Source of the DNA: a virus
Lineage: Duplodnaviria > Caudoviricetes
Length of the DNA: 64,000 bases
Reading direction: 5' to 3' (one strand)
Virus record (IMG/VR): IMGVR_UViG_3300031992_000029
Coordinates: 32,001 to 96,000 of that record
The notes under the pieces are model-generated. The model was not told the DNA's origin. It saw only the letters and a program-made list of their open reading frames with translations, and made no database searches. Position numbers and translations under genes: made by a program. Shown here piece by piece: positions 11,366 to 23,129 of this stretch (the stretch's first letter is position 1; every line of letters begins with the position of its first letter).

Positions 11366-14300
11366 ATGGACGGATTTATGGATATTCAAGTAAATGTAGT
11401 AGGTCAGAAATTAAAACTGGCTAAGAATTATAAATCTTTGATAGACGGGTCGCAAAAGTTTATACGATTCGTATTTAATCTAGACGGCAGTTGGACTAAT
11501 CTTGTCACATATGCACAGTTTACGCAGGATGGTAAATCTTATAATTGTTATTTAGATAGCGATTCGTCTGTGTATATGCCGCCTGAGATAACGGTTGGTG
11601 AGTGTACAATAACTTTAAGCGGCACACTTAATGGCATAATAGCTACAACCGATTATGTTACAATAGAAATTTTAGATAATATATTAACTACCGGAGAAGA
11701 GAGCACAGAGATAACTGAGTCTCTATACGAGCAGTTAATAGATAGAATTAATGAAGTTGAATCGGGGCAGTCTGGATTTAGCAGGCTTGTTGCCGAAGAG
11801 GAGAGTCAAAGGACATCTGAGGATGCGGCTATACGTAAGTTGATTGACGACTTGTCCGCTTCTCAAAACACATTAAGTCAGAAAATAACTGGTGAGGGCA
11901 CTGCTAGATCTGAAGCAGACGATAACCTTAAAGCCCTAATAAATACAGTTGCTAGAAATATTAGTAGCGAAGAATCAGAGAGAAAGGATGCCGATTCTAA
12001 TATCTCTAATAATATTTCAAGTATGCAATCGAAACTTGAACTTGAATCAGTAGAAAGGTCACAGCAGGACGCCGCTTTAAATAGTAGAATTGACCAGATA
12101 CTTGCTATACAGGAAGGGAGTACTACTGGAGATGCTGAGCTACAAGACATTCGAATCGGTTATGACGGAGTTGAATACCAGTCTGCAGGCACTGCGGTAA
12201 GAACTCAAATAACAAAAACTAATAGTAGAGTCGACGAAAATGCTGTATCTATAGGAGAAGTGTCTTCTACTGTTGACGAACTGTCTGGAGCTATGAATTA
12301 TAAGGTTGACGGTGCATTCGTTGAGGACGGCGTAGCATACTTTACAAGCGATAATAATGTCCTCTTTTCTATCACTGGTATCGGCGGTGGAGGAGGAGGT
12401 GGTGGAGGAGGCGACTCGTCCTCTTCTACACTTGTATTACAGAATTTAACAGGATGGATTTCTAAAACAATATCTGCGAACAGTACATGCACACTACATC
12501 TAAATTGGTCCTCTCTTATGGACGGAATGGAGACTGGTAGCGGAACAATGTCTGTTCAAGCAAGAGGAGCTAATGTTCTTAATAGATCAATCGCTCAAGG
12601 AGAATTTGCTGTAGATGTCACCAAGTATTTACAGTCAGGTTCTAATAGGATTAGGGTTACAGTTACAGATTCATACGGTACAACTAAATCAATCATATTT
12701 ACTATAAATGTAGTTTCGCTAAATATAACTTCTACGTTTGATCAAGGTATTGCGAGAACTGGCTCGTTTGATGTTATTTATACAGTAACAGGTTCTGGCG
12801 ATAAAGTAGTACATTTTATAATAGACGGCACAGAGGTTGCAACTGATGTAGTACAAACGTCTGGAAGACAAATAAACCATAATTTTGAGGCGTTACCTCA
12901 CGGTAGTCACATTATTGAGATATATGCTACTTCGACTGTAGACGGTGAGGATGTCGAGTCGAACCATATATATTTATCGGTAATTTCAGTACAATCCGGG
13001 AATAACACTCCTATTATATCATCTTCTTATAGAGTGACTGAGGTAAGGCAGTTTGAGACTATTGTTATACCTTATTATGTTTATAACCCAGCAAGTTATA
13101 CTGCAAACGTTGGTATTTATATTAACGGAGAACTTTGGTCGTCACAAACAGTAGAACGTACACAGCAGCTTATTTCGTACAGGGCTAGGACATCTGGAGA
13201 TTTAGCAATTCAGATTAGATGTGGTTCTGAATCAAAAACTTTTGTAATAAATGTAGGTAAGGCAGACTCGTCTCTCGAACCTATTACAACAAAGCTATCA
13301 TTATATCTGCCTGCAGAAGGTAGGTCTAATAATGAAGCTAATCCTGGAACATGGACTTACGGTACTACATCTTCCGAGTTCAATAATTTTAACTTTGTTT
13401 CAGATGGATGGCTGCACGATGAAGCAGGAAACACGATGCTAAGGGTCACAGGTAACGCTCGATTAACTATAGATAATCTTCTGTTCCAAGACAATTTTAC
13501 TACAGACGGTAAGACGATAGAATTTGAGTTTAAAACATCGAATGTTTTAGACTATGATTCAGATATTATTACATGTTGGAGTAACAACCGTGGCATAAAA
13601 TTCACTGCTCAAAAAGCAACTATTGCCTCCGAGGGTGCTTCTATTAGTACTCAATTTAAAGAAGATGAACACGTAAGACTGAGCTTCGTTGTAAGCCCTG
13701 CTGATACAAGATTATTATATATTTACATAAACGGAATTATTTCTGGTGTAGTACAGTATCCAGAACGAGACGACTTCTCTCAATCGAATCCAGTTCCTAT
13801 ATCTATCGGGTCGTCAGACTGTACAATAGATATATATAATATCAGAATATACGACTATGCGTTGAGCTCTAACAATATAGTTACTAACTGGATAGCAGAT
13901 ACTCAAGACATAAACGACATGCTTGAACGCCATGAGAGAAACGATATTATTGAAGGCGGGGAAATTTCTATTGATAAATTGCCTGCGAATCTGCCATATT
14001 TCCTGATCGAGGGAGAGGCGCTACCTCAGGCTAAGAAAGATGCAAAGATAATATCTGGTCGTTATGTAGACCCTGTTAATCCTGATAGGTCTTTTACTTA
14101 CTATGATGCGTCGTGCGATGTGCAGGGTACTTCTTCACAGAACTATCCTAGAAAGAATTATAAAATAAAGTTCAAAAACTTTACGAATAATAATGGCGAG
14201 ACATCGTCTACGTATTGCCTAAGGGGATCAGACAAGTCAATCCCGAGTAAGGTGTTTTGCTTTAAGGCGGACTATGCGTCGTCTGAAAGTGCAAATAACG

Positions 14301-17300
14301 TTGAGCTTGTTAGGTTATACGAAGATTCGTGTCCTGTTAAGACTGAGGCACAGCAAGAAGATGAAACAGGGCTTGTGCGTCAGGGAATAGACGGCGTGCC
14401 TATCGTTATATTCTGGTACAAGCCGTCTACTGGCGTTACGACATTTATGGGCAAATACAACTTTAACTTCGATAAGTCTTCACCGATTTTCGGATTTGAG
14501 GACGGGGATGAATCGTGGGAAACAATAGACAACTCGAACGAATGGGCTATGTTTAAAAGAGCCGATTATGACGGCGATGGATGGCTGAAAGGATTCGAGG
14601 CAAGATACCCAGATCTGGACAATCCGTATACAGACGCAACTAATCTGTCAGCTATGGCTCAATGGGTTAACTCGACTGACACGGATGGAACGAGATTTGA
14701 CATAAGACTACCGGATAATATTGTGCTTCACGGCGGAGGAAGAAATGGCGATGGCGTATTTAATAAAGCGCTGGATACGTCATTTTGGAAATATTTAAGC
14801 ATTGTTAGAACTCCTACATATAAGTGGGATTTAACAGAGCTAAAAGCAAGTAGCGCTTATGACTCAGAAAATCAATGCATGAAATTATCGAACTCGTTAT
14901 TTGTAATTACATTTGGTAATGCTGGGTCGACATTGTATGACGGTAGCGAACTTTCAAAGGACGGAACCACACGGTATAACGCCGTGCATAGGTTTGATGC
15001 GGCGACAGGAGAATCTCTTGGATATAATACAGCTATCTCCGCATATCTTCAGTATACGGATAGTGGGTCATTTAATACTGGTAGCCGTGCAAATTATCAG
15101 CAGGAGTTTTACGCTGCTTATTCAAATGGTATTTATTTTGAAGTACCAGTTTATGAACAGGACTCAGATTATTTCTATGCGTATTGGTCTAAAACACTAC
15201 CTAACGGATTTGTGCTTCCAATAGGAGTTGAGCCTGGCGATGTAATTTACGCTGGTAAAAACACACCGTATTACGGACTTAAAAACATAGATGATACGCT
15301 TGTAGAATTCGAGACACCAGTTGTGTACAGAGAGGAATACGGCGACGGAGAATATAAAGAACTCCGATTCGATTTCGACTCTGTGCAGTATAGGATAGCT
15401 AAGTTCAAATTCGAACTTGATAATTGGTTTAATAAAGACGACGTGCTATTTTATTATTTATTTACAGAGCTTTTCCTTATGATTGACTCGCGAGTTAAAA
15501 ACTCGTTCCCTACATTATATGCGTCAAATCAGGGGGCTAAGTGGGTATGGTTGCCATACGATATGGATACTGCTATCGGTATCAATAACGAGGGTAAGCT
15601 GGTGTTTGATTATTCGCTAGAAGATATTGATATGTTATCAAGAACCGCTGGCGTTTACAATGGATACAAGACTGTAATGTGGAACAATGTAAGAGATGCG
15701 TTTCAAAGCGAACTTGCTTCGATGTATCAAAGACTACGTGCTGATGGTGTGCTATCATATGACGTTGTTGAGAAGAGATTTGAAGACCATCAGAGCGTAT
15801 GGCCAGAAACTGTATTTAATGAAGACGCATATTATAAATACATACAGCCATTTATAGACAGCGGTGATGACAATTTATACATGTGTTTAGGGTCAAAAGC
15901 CGAACAACGTAAATGGTGGCTATATAATAGATTCAGATATATAGATTCTAAATATAACGCAGGATATGCTAGAACAAGTTTTATCTATGCGCGTGTTTAT
16001 CAAAAGTCTGATCTAGTAATTACGCCATACGCTAGTATATATGCAAGCGCAGAATACGACAGTAACCTGGTTAAAACGAGAGCAATAAGAAATATCAGTA
16101 CAGTTGTTCCATCTCCTGAAACATGGGATCCAGGCGGAGCCGACGCTGTACTAAGAATTTATTCAGCAGACCAGCTAGCTAGCGTTGGTGATTTAAGCCC
16201 ATTCTATGTTGGTGAGATATCATTTGCGGCTGCGGTTAAACTGAAAGAAATTAAAATTGGCGACAGTAGCCCGTCATATAGTAATGAGAACTTACAAAAT
16301 CTTATCTTAGGAAATAACTCACTGCTTAAGTCCCTTGACGTTCGTAACTGTCCAAATCTTAATAAATCTATTGATATTAGCGGATGTACTAATATAGAAG
16401 AGATATATTTCGATGGCACATCTATTACTGGCTTGAATCTTCCAAATGGTGGCATTATCAAAACTCTGCATTTACCCGGAACGATATCGAACCTCACAGT
16501 ACTCAATCAGCAAAATATAACAGATTTTGTTTTAGATAGCTATTCGAATATTTCAACGCTTAATATTGAGAACTCATCAATTGACGAACTACCGATTTTA
16601 ATTGGTATGTCAAACGGAGGCAGAGTACGTTTGATAAACGTCGACTGGACTACATATAACATAGACGAAGCCGAAGAACTCATAGGAAAATTATATAGCA
16701 GCCGTGGTATAGATGCGTCAGGCAATAATACAGATGCGGCTGTAGTGACTGGAAGGTACCATGCCGCTGTAATAAGCGACTGGCAACTGGATAGACTGTC
16801 TAAGTTCCCTGAGCTGATAGTTACATACGATGATCTCACTATATACAAATGGAAACTATATTCGTATTTCGACAAGACGCTTACTAGATATGACGATCCT
16901 GTTATAACAAAGATATCGAGCTACGCATTTAGAGGTAGGTGGCCCGACGGGTTCGTAATAAACACGCCGAATGTTTCCGAGATAAAACCGTTTGCGTTTT
17001 ATGCATGTGTGCCCGAGAGTATTGAGCTAGGTGAAATGCCGCTTGTAACAGAACTACCAGCAAGATGGTGTAATATGTCGCTTATTAAAAGCATGTCGTT
17101 TCCAAATTGCAGGACGCAACATATATCTGGTGATTCTATACTTGGTACGAGTGGAGTTCACAATGGATGCCCGTCATTCAAAGAATCGTTCCCAAACCTC
17201 ACGACTTTATGGAATGATTCTACAACTGTAAGTGGGACGCTTATGAGGAATGCATATTTTAGAGATTTCGATGCGCCTAATTTGGTTAATAATAATGTTA

Positions 17301-17800
17301 TGCCTACTAGCATGTTTAATTCATGCTCATCATTTATATACATATATATGCCAAAATTTACTGGCACGGTTACGGGATATCTTTATACGTCTTCTGAGAA
17401 CGGACTTCTTGAATACATTGTTGCACCAGGTATTACGATGTCTAATGGAACTATAACTCTGCCTACGAAATGTAAGTATATTGAAATTTTCCACGATAAT
17501 ATAGTTGGAAAGCAGAATTCAAGGACTGGTAATAACGTAGAACATTTGGTTTTAAGGGACGCATCAAATATTTCGACAGCGGCTGGATCAGACGGAGTCT
17601 TTTACGGTAACACTAATTGCGTTAATGTGTATGTAGCAAGAGATTTAATATCTGAGTATCAAGCTGCAACTAATTGGTCGTTAATGGAGGCTAATAATTT
17701 ATGTACATTTAAAGCGTTAGAGGATTATACAGTCGATGGGACATTGACGGGGGAGTTTAACTACTCGCTGATCAATATGGAGGTATATCATGAATCGTGA
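11366..17800 (+). CDS. Giant tail-associated protein: BppU-like N-terminus, coiled coil, LamG-like, CotH-kinase-like and LRR/BspA-like domains (real start probably ATG 11378)
   Basis: [44 protein letters not shown] (CotH-like); IYINGIISG...DIYNIRIYD (LamG-like); [12 protein letters not shown] (LRR). Confidence 0.8.
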   Translation: MDGFMDIQVNVVGQKLKLAKNYKSLIDGSQKFIRFVFNLDGSWTNLVTYAQFTQDGKSYNCYLDSDSSVYMPPEITVGECTITLSGTLNGIIATTDYVTIEILDNILTTGEESTEITESLYEQLIDRINEVESGQSGFSRLVAEEESQRTSEDAAIRKLIDDLSASQNTLSQKITGEGTARSEADDNLKALINTVARNISSEESERKDADSNISNNISSMQSKLELESVERSQQDAALNSRIDQILAIQEGSTTGDAELQDIRIGYDGVEYQSAGTAVRTQITKTNSRVDENAVSIGEVSSTVDELSGAMNYKVDGAFVEDGVAYFTSDNNVLFSITGIGGGGGGGGGGDSSSSTLVLQNLTGWISKTISANSTCTLHLNWSSLMDGMETGSGTMSVQARGANVLNRSIAQGEFAVDVTKYLQSGSNRIRVTVTDSYGTTKSIIFTINVVSLNITSTFDQGIARTGSFDVIYTVTGSGDKVVHFIIDGTEVATDVVQTSGRQINHNFEALPHGSHIIEIYATSTVDGEDVESNHIYLSVISVQSGNNTPIISSSYRVTEVRQFETIVIPYYVYNPASYTANVGIYINGELWSSQTVERTQQLISYRARTSGDLAIQIRCGSESKTFVINVGKADSSLEPITTKLSLYLPAEGRSNNEANPGTWTYGTTSSEFNNFNFVSDGWLHDEAGNTMLRVTGNARLTIDNLLFQDNFTTDGKTIEFEFKTSNVLDYDSDIITCWSNNRGIKFTAQKATIASEGASISTQFKEDEHVRLSFVVSPADTRLLYIYINGIISGVVQYPERDDFSQSNPVPISIGSSDCTIDIYNIRIYDYALSSNNIVTNWIADTQDINDMLERHERNDIIEGGEISIDKLPANLPYFLIEGEALPQAKKDAKIISGRYVDPVNPDRSFTYYDASCDVQGTSSQNYPRKNYKIKFKNFTNNNGETSSTYCLRGSDKSIPSKVFCFKADYASSESANNVELVRLYEDSCPVKTEAQQEDETGLVRQGIDGVPIVIFWYKPSTGVTTFMGKYNFNFDKSSPIFGFEDGDESWETIDNSNEWAMFKRADYDGDGWLKGFEARYPDLDNPYTDATNLSAMAQWVNSTDTDGTRFDIRLPDNIVLHGGGRNGDGVFNKALDTSFWKYLSIVRTPTYKWDLTELKASSAYDSENQCMKLSNSLFVITFGNAGSTLYDGSELSKDGTTRYNAVHRFDAATGESLGYNTAISAYLQYTDSGSFNTGSRANYQQEFYAAYSNGIYFEVPVYEQDSDYFYAYWSKTLPNGFVLPIGVEPGDVIYAGKNTPYYGLKNIDDTLVEFETPVVYREEYGDGEYKELRFDFDSVQYRIAKFKFELDNWFNKDDVLFYYLFTELFLMIDSRVKNSFPTLYASNQGAKWVWLPYDMDTAIGINNEGKLVFDYSLEDIDMLSRTAGVYNGYKTVMWNNVRDAFQSELASMYQRLRADGVLSYDVVEKRFEDHQSVWPETVFNEDAYYKYIQPFIDSGDDNLYMCLGSKAEQRKWWLYNRFRYIDSKYNAGYARTSFIYARVYQKSDLVITPYASIYASAEYDSNLVKTRAIRNISTVVPSPETWDPGGADAVLRIYSADQLASVGDLSPFYVGEISFAAAVKLKEIKIGDSSPSYSNENLQNLILGNNSLLKSLDVRNCPNLNKSIDISGCTNIEEIYFDGTSITGLNLPNGGIIKTLHLPGTISNLTVLNQQNITDFVLDSYSNISTLNIENSSIDELPILIGMSNGGRVRLINVDWTTYNIDEAEELIGKLYSSRGIDASGNNTDAAVVTGRYHAAVISDWQLDRLSKFPELIVTYDDLTIYKWKLYSYFDKTLTRYDDPVITKISSYAFRGRWPDGFVINTPNVSEIKPFAFYACVPESIELGEMPLVTELPARWCNMSLIKSMSFPNCRTQHISGDSILGTSGVHNGCPSFKESFPNLTTLWNDSTTVSGTLMRNAYFRDFDAPNLVNNNVMPTSMFNSCSSFIYIYMPKFTGTVTGYLYTSSENGLLEYIVAPGITMSNGTITLPTKCKYIEIFHDNIVGKQNSRTGNNVEHLVLRDASNISTAAGSDGVFYGNTNCVNVYVARDLISEYQAATNWSLMEANNLCTFKALEDYTVDGTLTGEFNYSLINMEVYHES

Positions 17801-18599
17801 AGACACAGTATATAAGTATAGAGACGACGAGATGGGCTTGGTAAGACTCTTTGTGTCCGGTGAATTTGATGAGGATCTAATAGCGCATAATATGTTATAT
17901 CAGCCTATATTTGGCCAAAGTAATAATATGGAAGGTTCTCCGATGTTTTATATCTCACCAGACAGCCCATCAGGCGATAAAGTAAATGTAGATATGGAAA
18001 TATATGATAATAATTTTTCTGGTACATGGAGCTTTCTTAGAGATGTTGGTAATGTAAAATCCGCAAGACTTAAAATTAATATACCAGAGACTGCTGCTAG
18101 CAATGCAAGAACTTCTGGTAATATTCTCGGCGGAGCCTTGCAGGGTATAGAATATGGCGAAATAATTTTTAATGACAAAAGAAACTCGTCGTCTAGAAGC
18201 ATTGGGTTAATGACAAGAAATGACCATATTATACAGGCTGCAGAATTAAGAACCTTGGTTCTTAGATATCGGAACCCGAATAATATTGCAGGTTCTATAT
18301 TCACAGATAACTGGTTATCTGGCTCTAAGCCGCAGTTATCTACTATAGTTTTAGACAACTGTAAAGATGGTGATACGTACATTTGTATTGTGCCGATGAA
18401 CTCTAATGCACTTAATACATCGGAGTATTTTAAATCGGGTGGTACCGGTGGTACAATTTATATTCCACGTGTGTTATATAATCATTTAGGCGACGGAAGT
18501 GAATATGACTACAAGTCTGCTACGAATTGGAGCAGATTTGATTCGTATGGCACAATCACATGGGCTCAAATAGAAGGGAGTGAATACGAAGCTGAATGA
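17790..18599 (+). CDS. LRR/BspA-type C-cap tail accessory protein
   Basis: GTIYIPR...YKSATNWS resembles [15 protein letters not shown] at the end of the upstream protein. Confidence 0.6.
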   Translation: MNREDTVYKYRDDEMGLVRLFVSGEFDEDLIAHNMLYQPIFGQSNNMEGSPMFYISPDSPSGDKVNVDMEIYDNNFSGTWSFLRDVGNVKSARLKINIPETAASNARTSGNILGGALQGIEYGEIIFNDKRNSSSRSIGLMTRNDHIIQAAELRTLVLRYRNPNNIAGSIFTDNWLSGSKPQLSTIVLDNCKDGDTYICIVPMNSNALNTSEYFKSGGTGGTIYIPRVLYNHLGDGSEYDYKSATNWSRFDSYGTITWAQIEGSEYEAE

Positions 18600-18853
18600 T
18601 CCATACAGAGATATATAATATAAACGGTCGTTCTTTTACGTTAACATGGGCAGACTCAGGTTTTATAGAACGTGATGGTATTGTCTACGAAGAAGCAAAC
18701 GATCCGACTGAATTAAACAGGGTTTATAAAGAAGTTGACGGTCCTGATATCGACACTAGCGACGAGATAGATATCGACGGCGATGATACAGCTCCGTCCT
18801 CTTCTATTATTGAAAGAAGAATTAGACTAGCAGCGAGGTATGCATCAGTATGA
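18596..18853 (+). CDS. Small tail-associated hypothetical protein
   Basis: ATGA coupling; YEEANDP..LNRVYKE motif seen after fibre genes. Confidence 0.65.
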   Translation: MIHTEIYNINGRSFTLTWADSGFIERDGIVYEEANDPTELNRVYKEVDGPDIDTSDEIDIDGDDTAPSSSIIERRIRLAARYASV

Positions 18854-19302
18854 AAGAATTTATTAAATCTATTATTAAATCTGGTGATTACGTGCTAAGT
18901 GAACTAGAGGTGAAGATTAAGAAACTATATGTACTTGGCGATTTAACCTCTGAAGACATGGATGAGCTGCTTAAATTTGCAGCTGATAATGTTGACGATT
19001 CTGCGCAAGTGGATTTATTTGAAAAAGTGGTTGATATCGAACACAGGCTTGTCGCTCTTGAGAGCGCTGGCTATGCAGTATGGAAGCCAGGGTATGTTAC
19101 TAAGAAGGGCGAAATCGTCAAGGTTGACCTAGATAGCGACGGCGAATATGATTTTGCTATGTATGATGGTGGCAGAAGTTCTACGGCGTTGTCAATTGGT
19201 AAGATCGATGGCTGGTATAAGGTTACATCAACTGGTACGAAGACGCATATTATTACTAGAAATAGTGACGGCACGTTATCTCTTACCGAAATCACAGCAT
19301 GA
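18850..19302 (+). CDS. Hypothetical tail-region protein
   Basis: ATGA coupling, 150 aa. Confidence 0.65.
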   Translation: MKEFIKSIIKSGDYVLSELEVKIKKLYVLGDLTSEDMDELLKFAADNVDDSAQVDLFEKVVDIEHRLVALESAGYAVWKPGYVTKKGEIVKVDLDSDGEYDFAMYDGGRSSTALSIGKIDGWYKVTSTGTKTHIITRNSDGTLSLTEITA

Positions 19303-19313
19303 TAAATAATATG

Positions 19314-19342
19314 AAATGGCTGGCCTTGTGCCAGTCATTTTT
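19314..19342 (+). terminator. Hairpin/terminator paralogous to 11335-11362
   Basis: AAATGGCTGGC-CTTGT-GCCAGTCATTT followed by TTAGAATGGA, as at 11361. Confidence 0.6.
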
Positions 19343-19356
19343 AGAATGGAGAAAAA

Positions 19357-21750
19357 ATGGATGTTAGGATAAATGTGGTTGGTCAAAAACTAGTTGTTTC
19401 ATCTAACTACATTAAAATTATCGGCGGGTCAAATAAATTTATAAAGTTTATTTTCTCGCTCGATGGTGGATGGAGCGGGCTTATGCCATATGCTCAATTT
19501 ACGCAAGACGGTACATCATATAACGTGTACTTGGATGAGAATAATTCAGTGTTTTTGCCACCAGAAATAAAAGAAGGGGCTTGCACTTTAACACTTGGCG
19601 GCACTGGTAATGGGGTGTTTGCCACTACAGACTATGTGAAGTTTAACATCACAAAAGGTATACTCACTGAGGGTCAAGAAAGTACGGATATAACAGAGTC
19701 TATGTATGAGCAGTTAGTGGACAGAGTTATATCTGTTAAAGACGCTCAAACAGAGTTCAATGATATGGTTATAGCTGAGAGCGATGCAAGGAGTAGCGCA
19801 GATGATGCAATAAGGAAACTTATTACGGATGAAACTACACAGCGAGAATCTACTGACAACACATTGCAATTAGCAATAGATGCATTAGGAAATTCTAATA
19901 CTGCTCTTAGTCAGAGGATATCTTCTGAGACAAATGCCAGAACGACAGCAGACACAGCTATGCAAACACAAATAGATTCGTATAAGACGCATGTAACCGA
20001 CACTATTAACGGATATAAATCTGATACAGAGAATGCAATAGCAAATATAAGAACCGCTGTAAATAATGATCTAGGCGGAGTGAGAAAAGATATCGAAGAC
20101 GCTGTTGCTGTACTTAACTCAAGAATGGATTTAGCGCTTCAACAGCTTAATAAACACGAAGTCCAAACTGTTATTTTTGATAATGCGACAGAACCGCTAG
20201 CATATATTGGAGACACGGCTATGCTTTCGGCAGACCCTACCACGTTTGATTACATCGACTTTTACTACAAGACACATGTGAATTCTTCTGGTATGGGTAA
20301 CTGGGATAAGGTATTTAGATTTGAGCCAAACTCTTCACAGCCTACTATTGTTAGTGTTCAGCCAACAGACCTAAGCGCTACTAACAAAACGCTTTACGTT
20401 CATGAACTATCATTTAATATATCAGGAACAGAGATTACGGTTAATAGGTCGAGAAGATGGTATTGGAATGGGGCGTCAAATACGTCTGCAGACCTACAAC
20501 AGTCAGAAAGGAATCAGGGTAGCGCTCCTGATAATATGTATGGTGGCAGAGTATATAAGATTGTCGGCGTAAATATATCGGATATTGATGAGCTTACAGA
20601 TTTGAGAATTGGTGCAGATGGTACTGTCTATCAGTCTGCTGGCACTGCAATTAGAACACAATTATCTGAGTTACAGAACAAATCTGCCTCTACGGTTTCT
20701 TATAGTGGAGGTAATTCTGGTCTTGTGGCTACTAATACACAGCAAGCCATTGATGAAACGTGCGAGAATGTTAACGAATTAAATGGACGTTTAGAGCATT
20801 ACCAAAAGTCCCTCGTTACCTCTGTTACAAATGGTAAATATATTGTATCAAGTACAGGTGGTGAAGGCAGTAATGCTAATTGCGCAGTATCCGGGCATAT
20901 TCCAGTATGGCATTTACGTGGTAATGGGATCGTTATTTCTTCCTATCTGTGGCAAGCGGCAGGGTACGCTTTTTATGACAGATCGGGAGTGTATATCACA
21001 GGTGAAAGTGCAAACAGTCTGTCGCTTACTGTTTCTGCTGGACAAGTCACAGCACATAAAACTACTGTTCCGCCATCTGCTTATACACTTAGGGTCACTT
21101 TGCATGCTTCTACGTATGTCAATAATGCTTCAAAATACTTTTATACTCTGTCTGAATCAGATGCAAAAAAATGGGTCATCATAGGTGACAGCTATGCGAC
21201 AGGGTATACACCTGACGGAAGTACTACTGGATGGGTGCCGACGACCATGGCATCTATCGGCCTTACATCGTCTGACTATGAATTAATTTGTGAGGGCGGT
21301 GCTGGATTTCTCAATGGTGGTAATCAAAGCGCTTTAACATTTGAAGGACTTCTTGATACTGCAACTTTGGGAAAATCCGAAGTTGGACATATTCTTGTGT
21401 GCGGTGGATATAATGACTACTCGCGGACATATGCTCAAATGCAGACAGCTTTTAATTCTTTTTATTCTGCGGCAAGGGCAAAATATCCGTTCGCTAAAAT
21501 TCAACTTGGAATGGTGTCATATAGCACAAACAGTGACATAGAATCCGCATTGCTCAATGCTACCCGTCTTGCCTTTTTAGGGATGAACTCTAATGCCGGT
21601 GTCGAGTATCTATCCGGGGTCGAATTTTCTCTGTCGGACGATGATATGTCAACAGATGGCGTTCATCCAAAACAGATTGGTGCAACAAAGGTTGGTATGT
21701 CGGTAGCAAATGCAATACTGACAGGGGCCAGCCCTGCTTTGCGTATATAG
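19357..21750 (+). CDS. Tail spike/fibre with BppU-like N-terminus and C-terminal SGNH/GDSL esterase
   Basis: N-terminal ~150 aa paralogous to the 11366 protein; SGNH blocks IIGDSYATG, GGAG, GGYND, DGVHP. Confidence 0.8.
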   Translation: MDVRINVVGQKLVVSSNYIKIIGGSNKFIKFIFSLDGGWSGLMPYAQFTQDGTSYNVYLDENNSVFLPPEIKEGACTLTLGGTGNGVFATTDYVKFNITKGILTEGQESTDITESMYEQLVDRVISVKDAQTEFNDMVIAESDARSSADDAIRKLITDETTQRESTDNTLQLAIDALGNSNTALSQRISSETNARTTADTAMQTQIDSYKTHVTDTINGYKSDTENAIANIRTAVNNDLGGVRKDIEDAVAVLNSRMDLALQQLNKHEVQTVIFDNATEPLAYIGDTAMLSADPTTFDYIDFYYKTHVNSSGMGNWDKVFRFEPNSSQPTIVSVQPTDLSATNKTLYVHELSFNISGTEITVNRSRRWYWNGASNTSADLQQSERNQGSAPDNMYGGRVYKIVGVNISDIDELTDLRIGADGTVYQSAGTAIRTQLSELQNKSASTVSYSGGNSGLVATNTQQAIDETCENVNELNGRLEHYQKSLVTSVTNGKYIVSSTGGEGSNANCAVSGHIPVWHLRGNGIVISSYLWQAAGYAFYDRSGVYITGESANSLSLTVSAGQVTAHKTTVPPSAYTLRVTLHASTYVNNASKYFYTLSESDAKKWVIIGDSYATGYTPDGSTTGWVPTTMASIGLTSSDYELICEGGAGFLNGGNQSALTFEGLLDTATLGKSEVGHILVCGGYNDYSRTYAQMQTAFNSFYSAARAKYPFAKIQLGMVSYSTNSDIESALLNATRLAFLGMNSNAGVEYLSGVEFSLSDDDMSTDGVHPKQIGATKVGMSVANAILTGASPALRI

Positions 21751-21833
21751 CCGATTTAGTTAATCAGCGTATAAGCAAATTCGCTAACAATATAATAACT
21801 GAACAATAAACACAATGGAAAAGAGGTTGGCGT

Positions 21834-22172
21834 ATGTTAAATATTGAAAACAATACGATTACCATGGTAAGAGGTGATACGGCTAAAATTACCCTATCAA
21901 TATTTCTTAAAGATGGCACTGAGTATGAAGTAAAGAGTGGCGATATTATTAGATTTGCTGCCAAAAAACGATATACCGACGTAAATCCTGTTATTGAAAA
22001 GATAGTAGATAACGAAACGCTATTACTTCAGCTCGATCCGGAGGATACGAAGCCTCTTGGCATGGGAGAAAACAAAGGTAAATATGTTTATGATATACAA
22101 ATCACACAGGAGGATGGGAGTGTAGATACATTTATACGCGGTACTCTACTTCTTTTAGAGGAGGTAGAATGA
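21834..22172 (+). CDS. BppU-like baseplate/tail small protein
   Basis: ITMVRGDT...LDPEDTK...YVYDIQI motif. Confidence 0.65.
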   Translation: MLNIENNTITMVRGDTAKITLSIFLKDGTEYEVKSGDIIRFAAKKRYTDVNPVIEKIVDNETLLLQLDPEDTKPLGMGENKGKYVYDIQITQEDGSVDTFIRGTLLLLEEVE

Positions 22173-22173
22173 T

Positions 22174-22503
22174 ATGCCAGGTAATCAAGGTACGTCTATA
22201 GAATATTTATCTAAATTCGGTGATATTGTAATTAATAATAACCTGTCAGGCACCTTGTCGGCTGGAAGTATTTTGTATGGAGATTTAAAAGCCGGCGGTA
22301 CACTACATGGTGTTTTAAGTATGTTTAAAGGTGACTATGAGCCTTATACCGGGCCTTATGATATTTCACCTAATTTCGAAGGTATAACAATAGCTACCGC
22401 AAATCGATATTTGTCTAATAATATCACGATATTACCAATTCAGGTTGATAGCGTTTCTAATACAAGTGGCGGTAGAACAGTATTCATAGGAGGAATAATT
22501 TAA
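22174..22503 (+). CDS. Tail-associated protein
   Basis: YTGPYDISP...VSNTSGGRTVFIG motif; GAGGAGG RBS. Confidence 0.65.
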   Translation: MPGNQGTSIEYLSKFGDIVINNNLSGTLSAGSILYGDLKAGGTLHGVLSMFKGDYEPYTGPYDISPNFEGITIATANRYLSNNITILPIQVDSVSNTSGGRTVFIGGII

Positions 22504-22504
22504 A

Positions 22505-23104
22505 ATGGCTAATGAATATGTATCAAAAGTAGTTCTTAGTAACGGGACAGTTCTTATTGATTTAACAGCGGACACAATTACAGCTGCAGATCTTTTAGCT
22601 GGTGTTACAGCGCATGATAAAAGCGGTGCTTTAATTGAAGGAACATGTACGTATGACTCTGACACATCTAATGACACAGCTGCGGCTTCTGAAATCCTTG
22701 CAACAAAGACCGCGCACGCCAGAGGTACGCAGCTTACAGGCACAATGAGGAACAACGGTGCTGTAGCCGGAAAGATTACTACTATCAGCGGTACTGGGTC
22801 GACATATACAGTGCCTCAGGGTTATCACGATGGCTCTGGTAGTGTTACATTAGATAGCTCTTTCTCGCTGTTAATACCAGCAAACATTAGAGAAAATATT
22901 ACTATCGGTGGAGTAACTGGTACAATGTCTGGTTCTGAAGATGTGTCGGCACAGGCTGTAACTGTGACACCTACGTTCGCGCAGCAGGTAATTACACCAG
23001 ACGCACAGCAGGGATATAACTCTATTTCTCAAGTTACAGTTAGCGGGATCAGCGTTGTGTATAGCGATAATTCTGCTGGTGGTCAAACTGTAACGATTGG
23101 CTAA
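22505..23104 (+). CDS. Tail fibre-associated protein
   Basis: VLIDLTADT, YTVPQGYHDGSG, NIRENITIGGVTGT fibre motifs. Confidence 0.7.
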   Translation: MANEYVSKVVLSNGTVLIDLTADTITAADLLAGVTAHDKSGALIEGTCTYDSDTSNDTAAASEILATKTAHARGTQLTGTMRNNGAVAGKITTISGTGSTYTVPQGYHDGSGSVTLDSSFSLLIPANIRENITIGGVTGTMSGSEDVSAQAVTVTPTFAQQVITPDAQQGYNSISQVTVSGISVVYSDNSAGGQTVTIG

Positions 23105-23129
23105 AAATACGAATGGAAGGAAATAGCTT

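Noticed and set aside
12379-12412. Poly-Gly GGN run as a contingency locus
   Set aside because: Mixed codons in frame; an ordinary flexible linker.
16860-18599. Diversity-generating retroelement acting on the LRR/BspA tips
   Set aside because: No reverse transcriptase and no near-identical TR/VR pair differing at adenines was found in the window.
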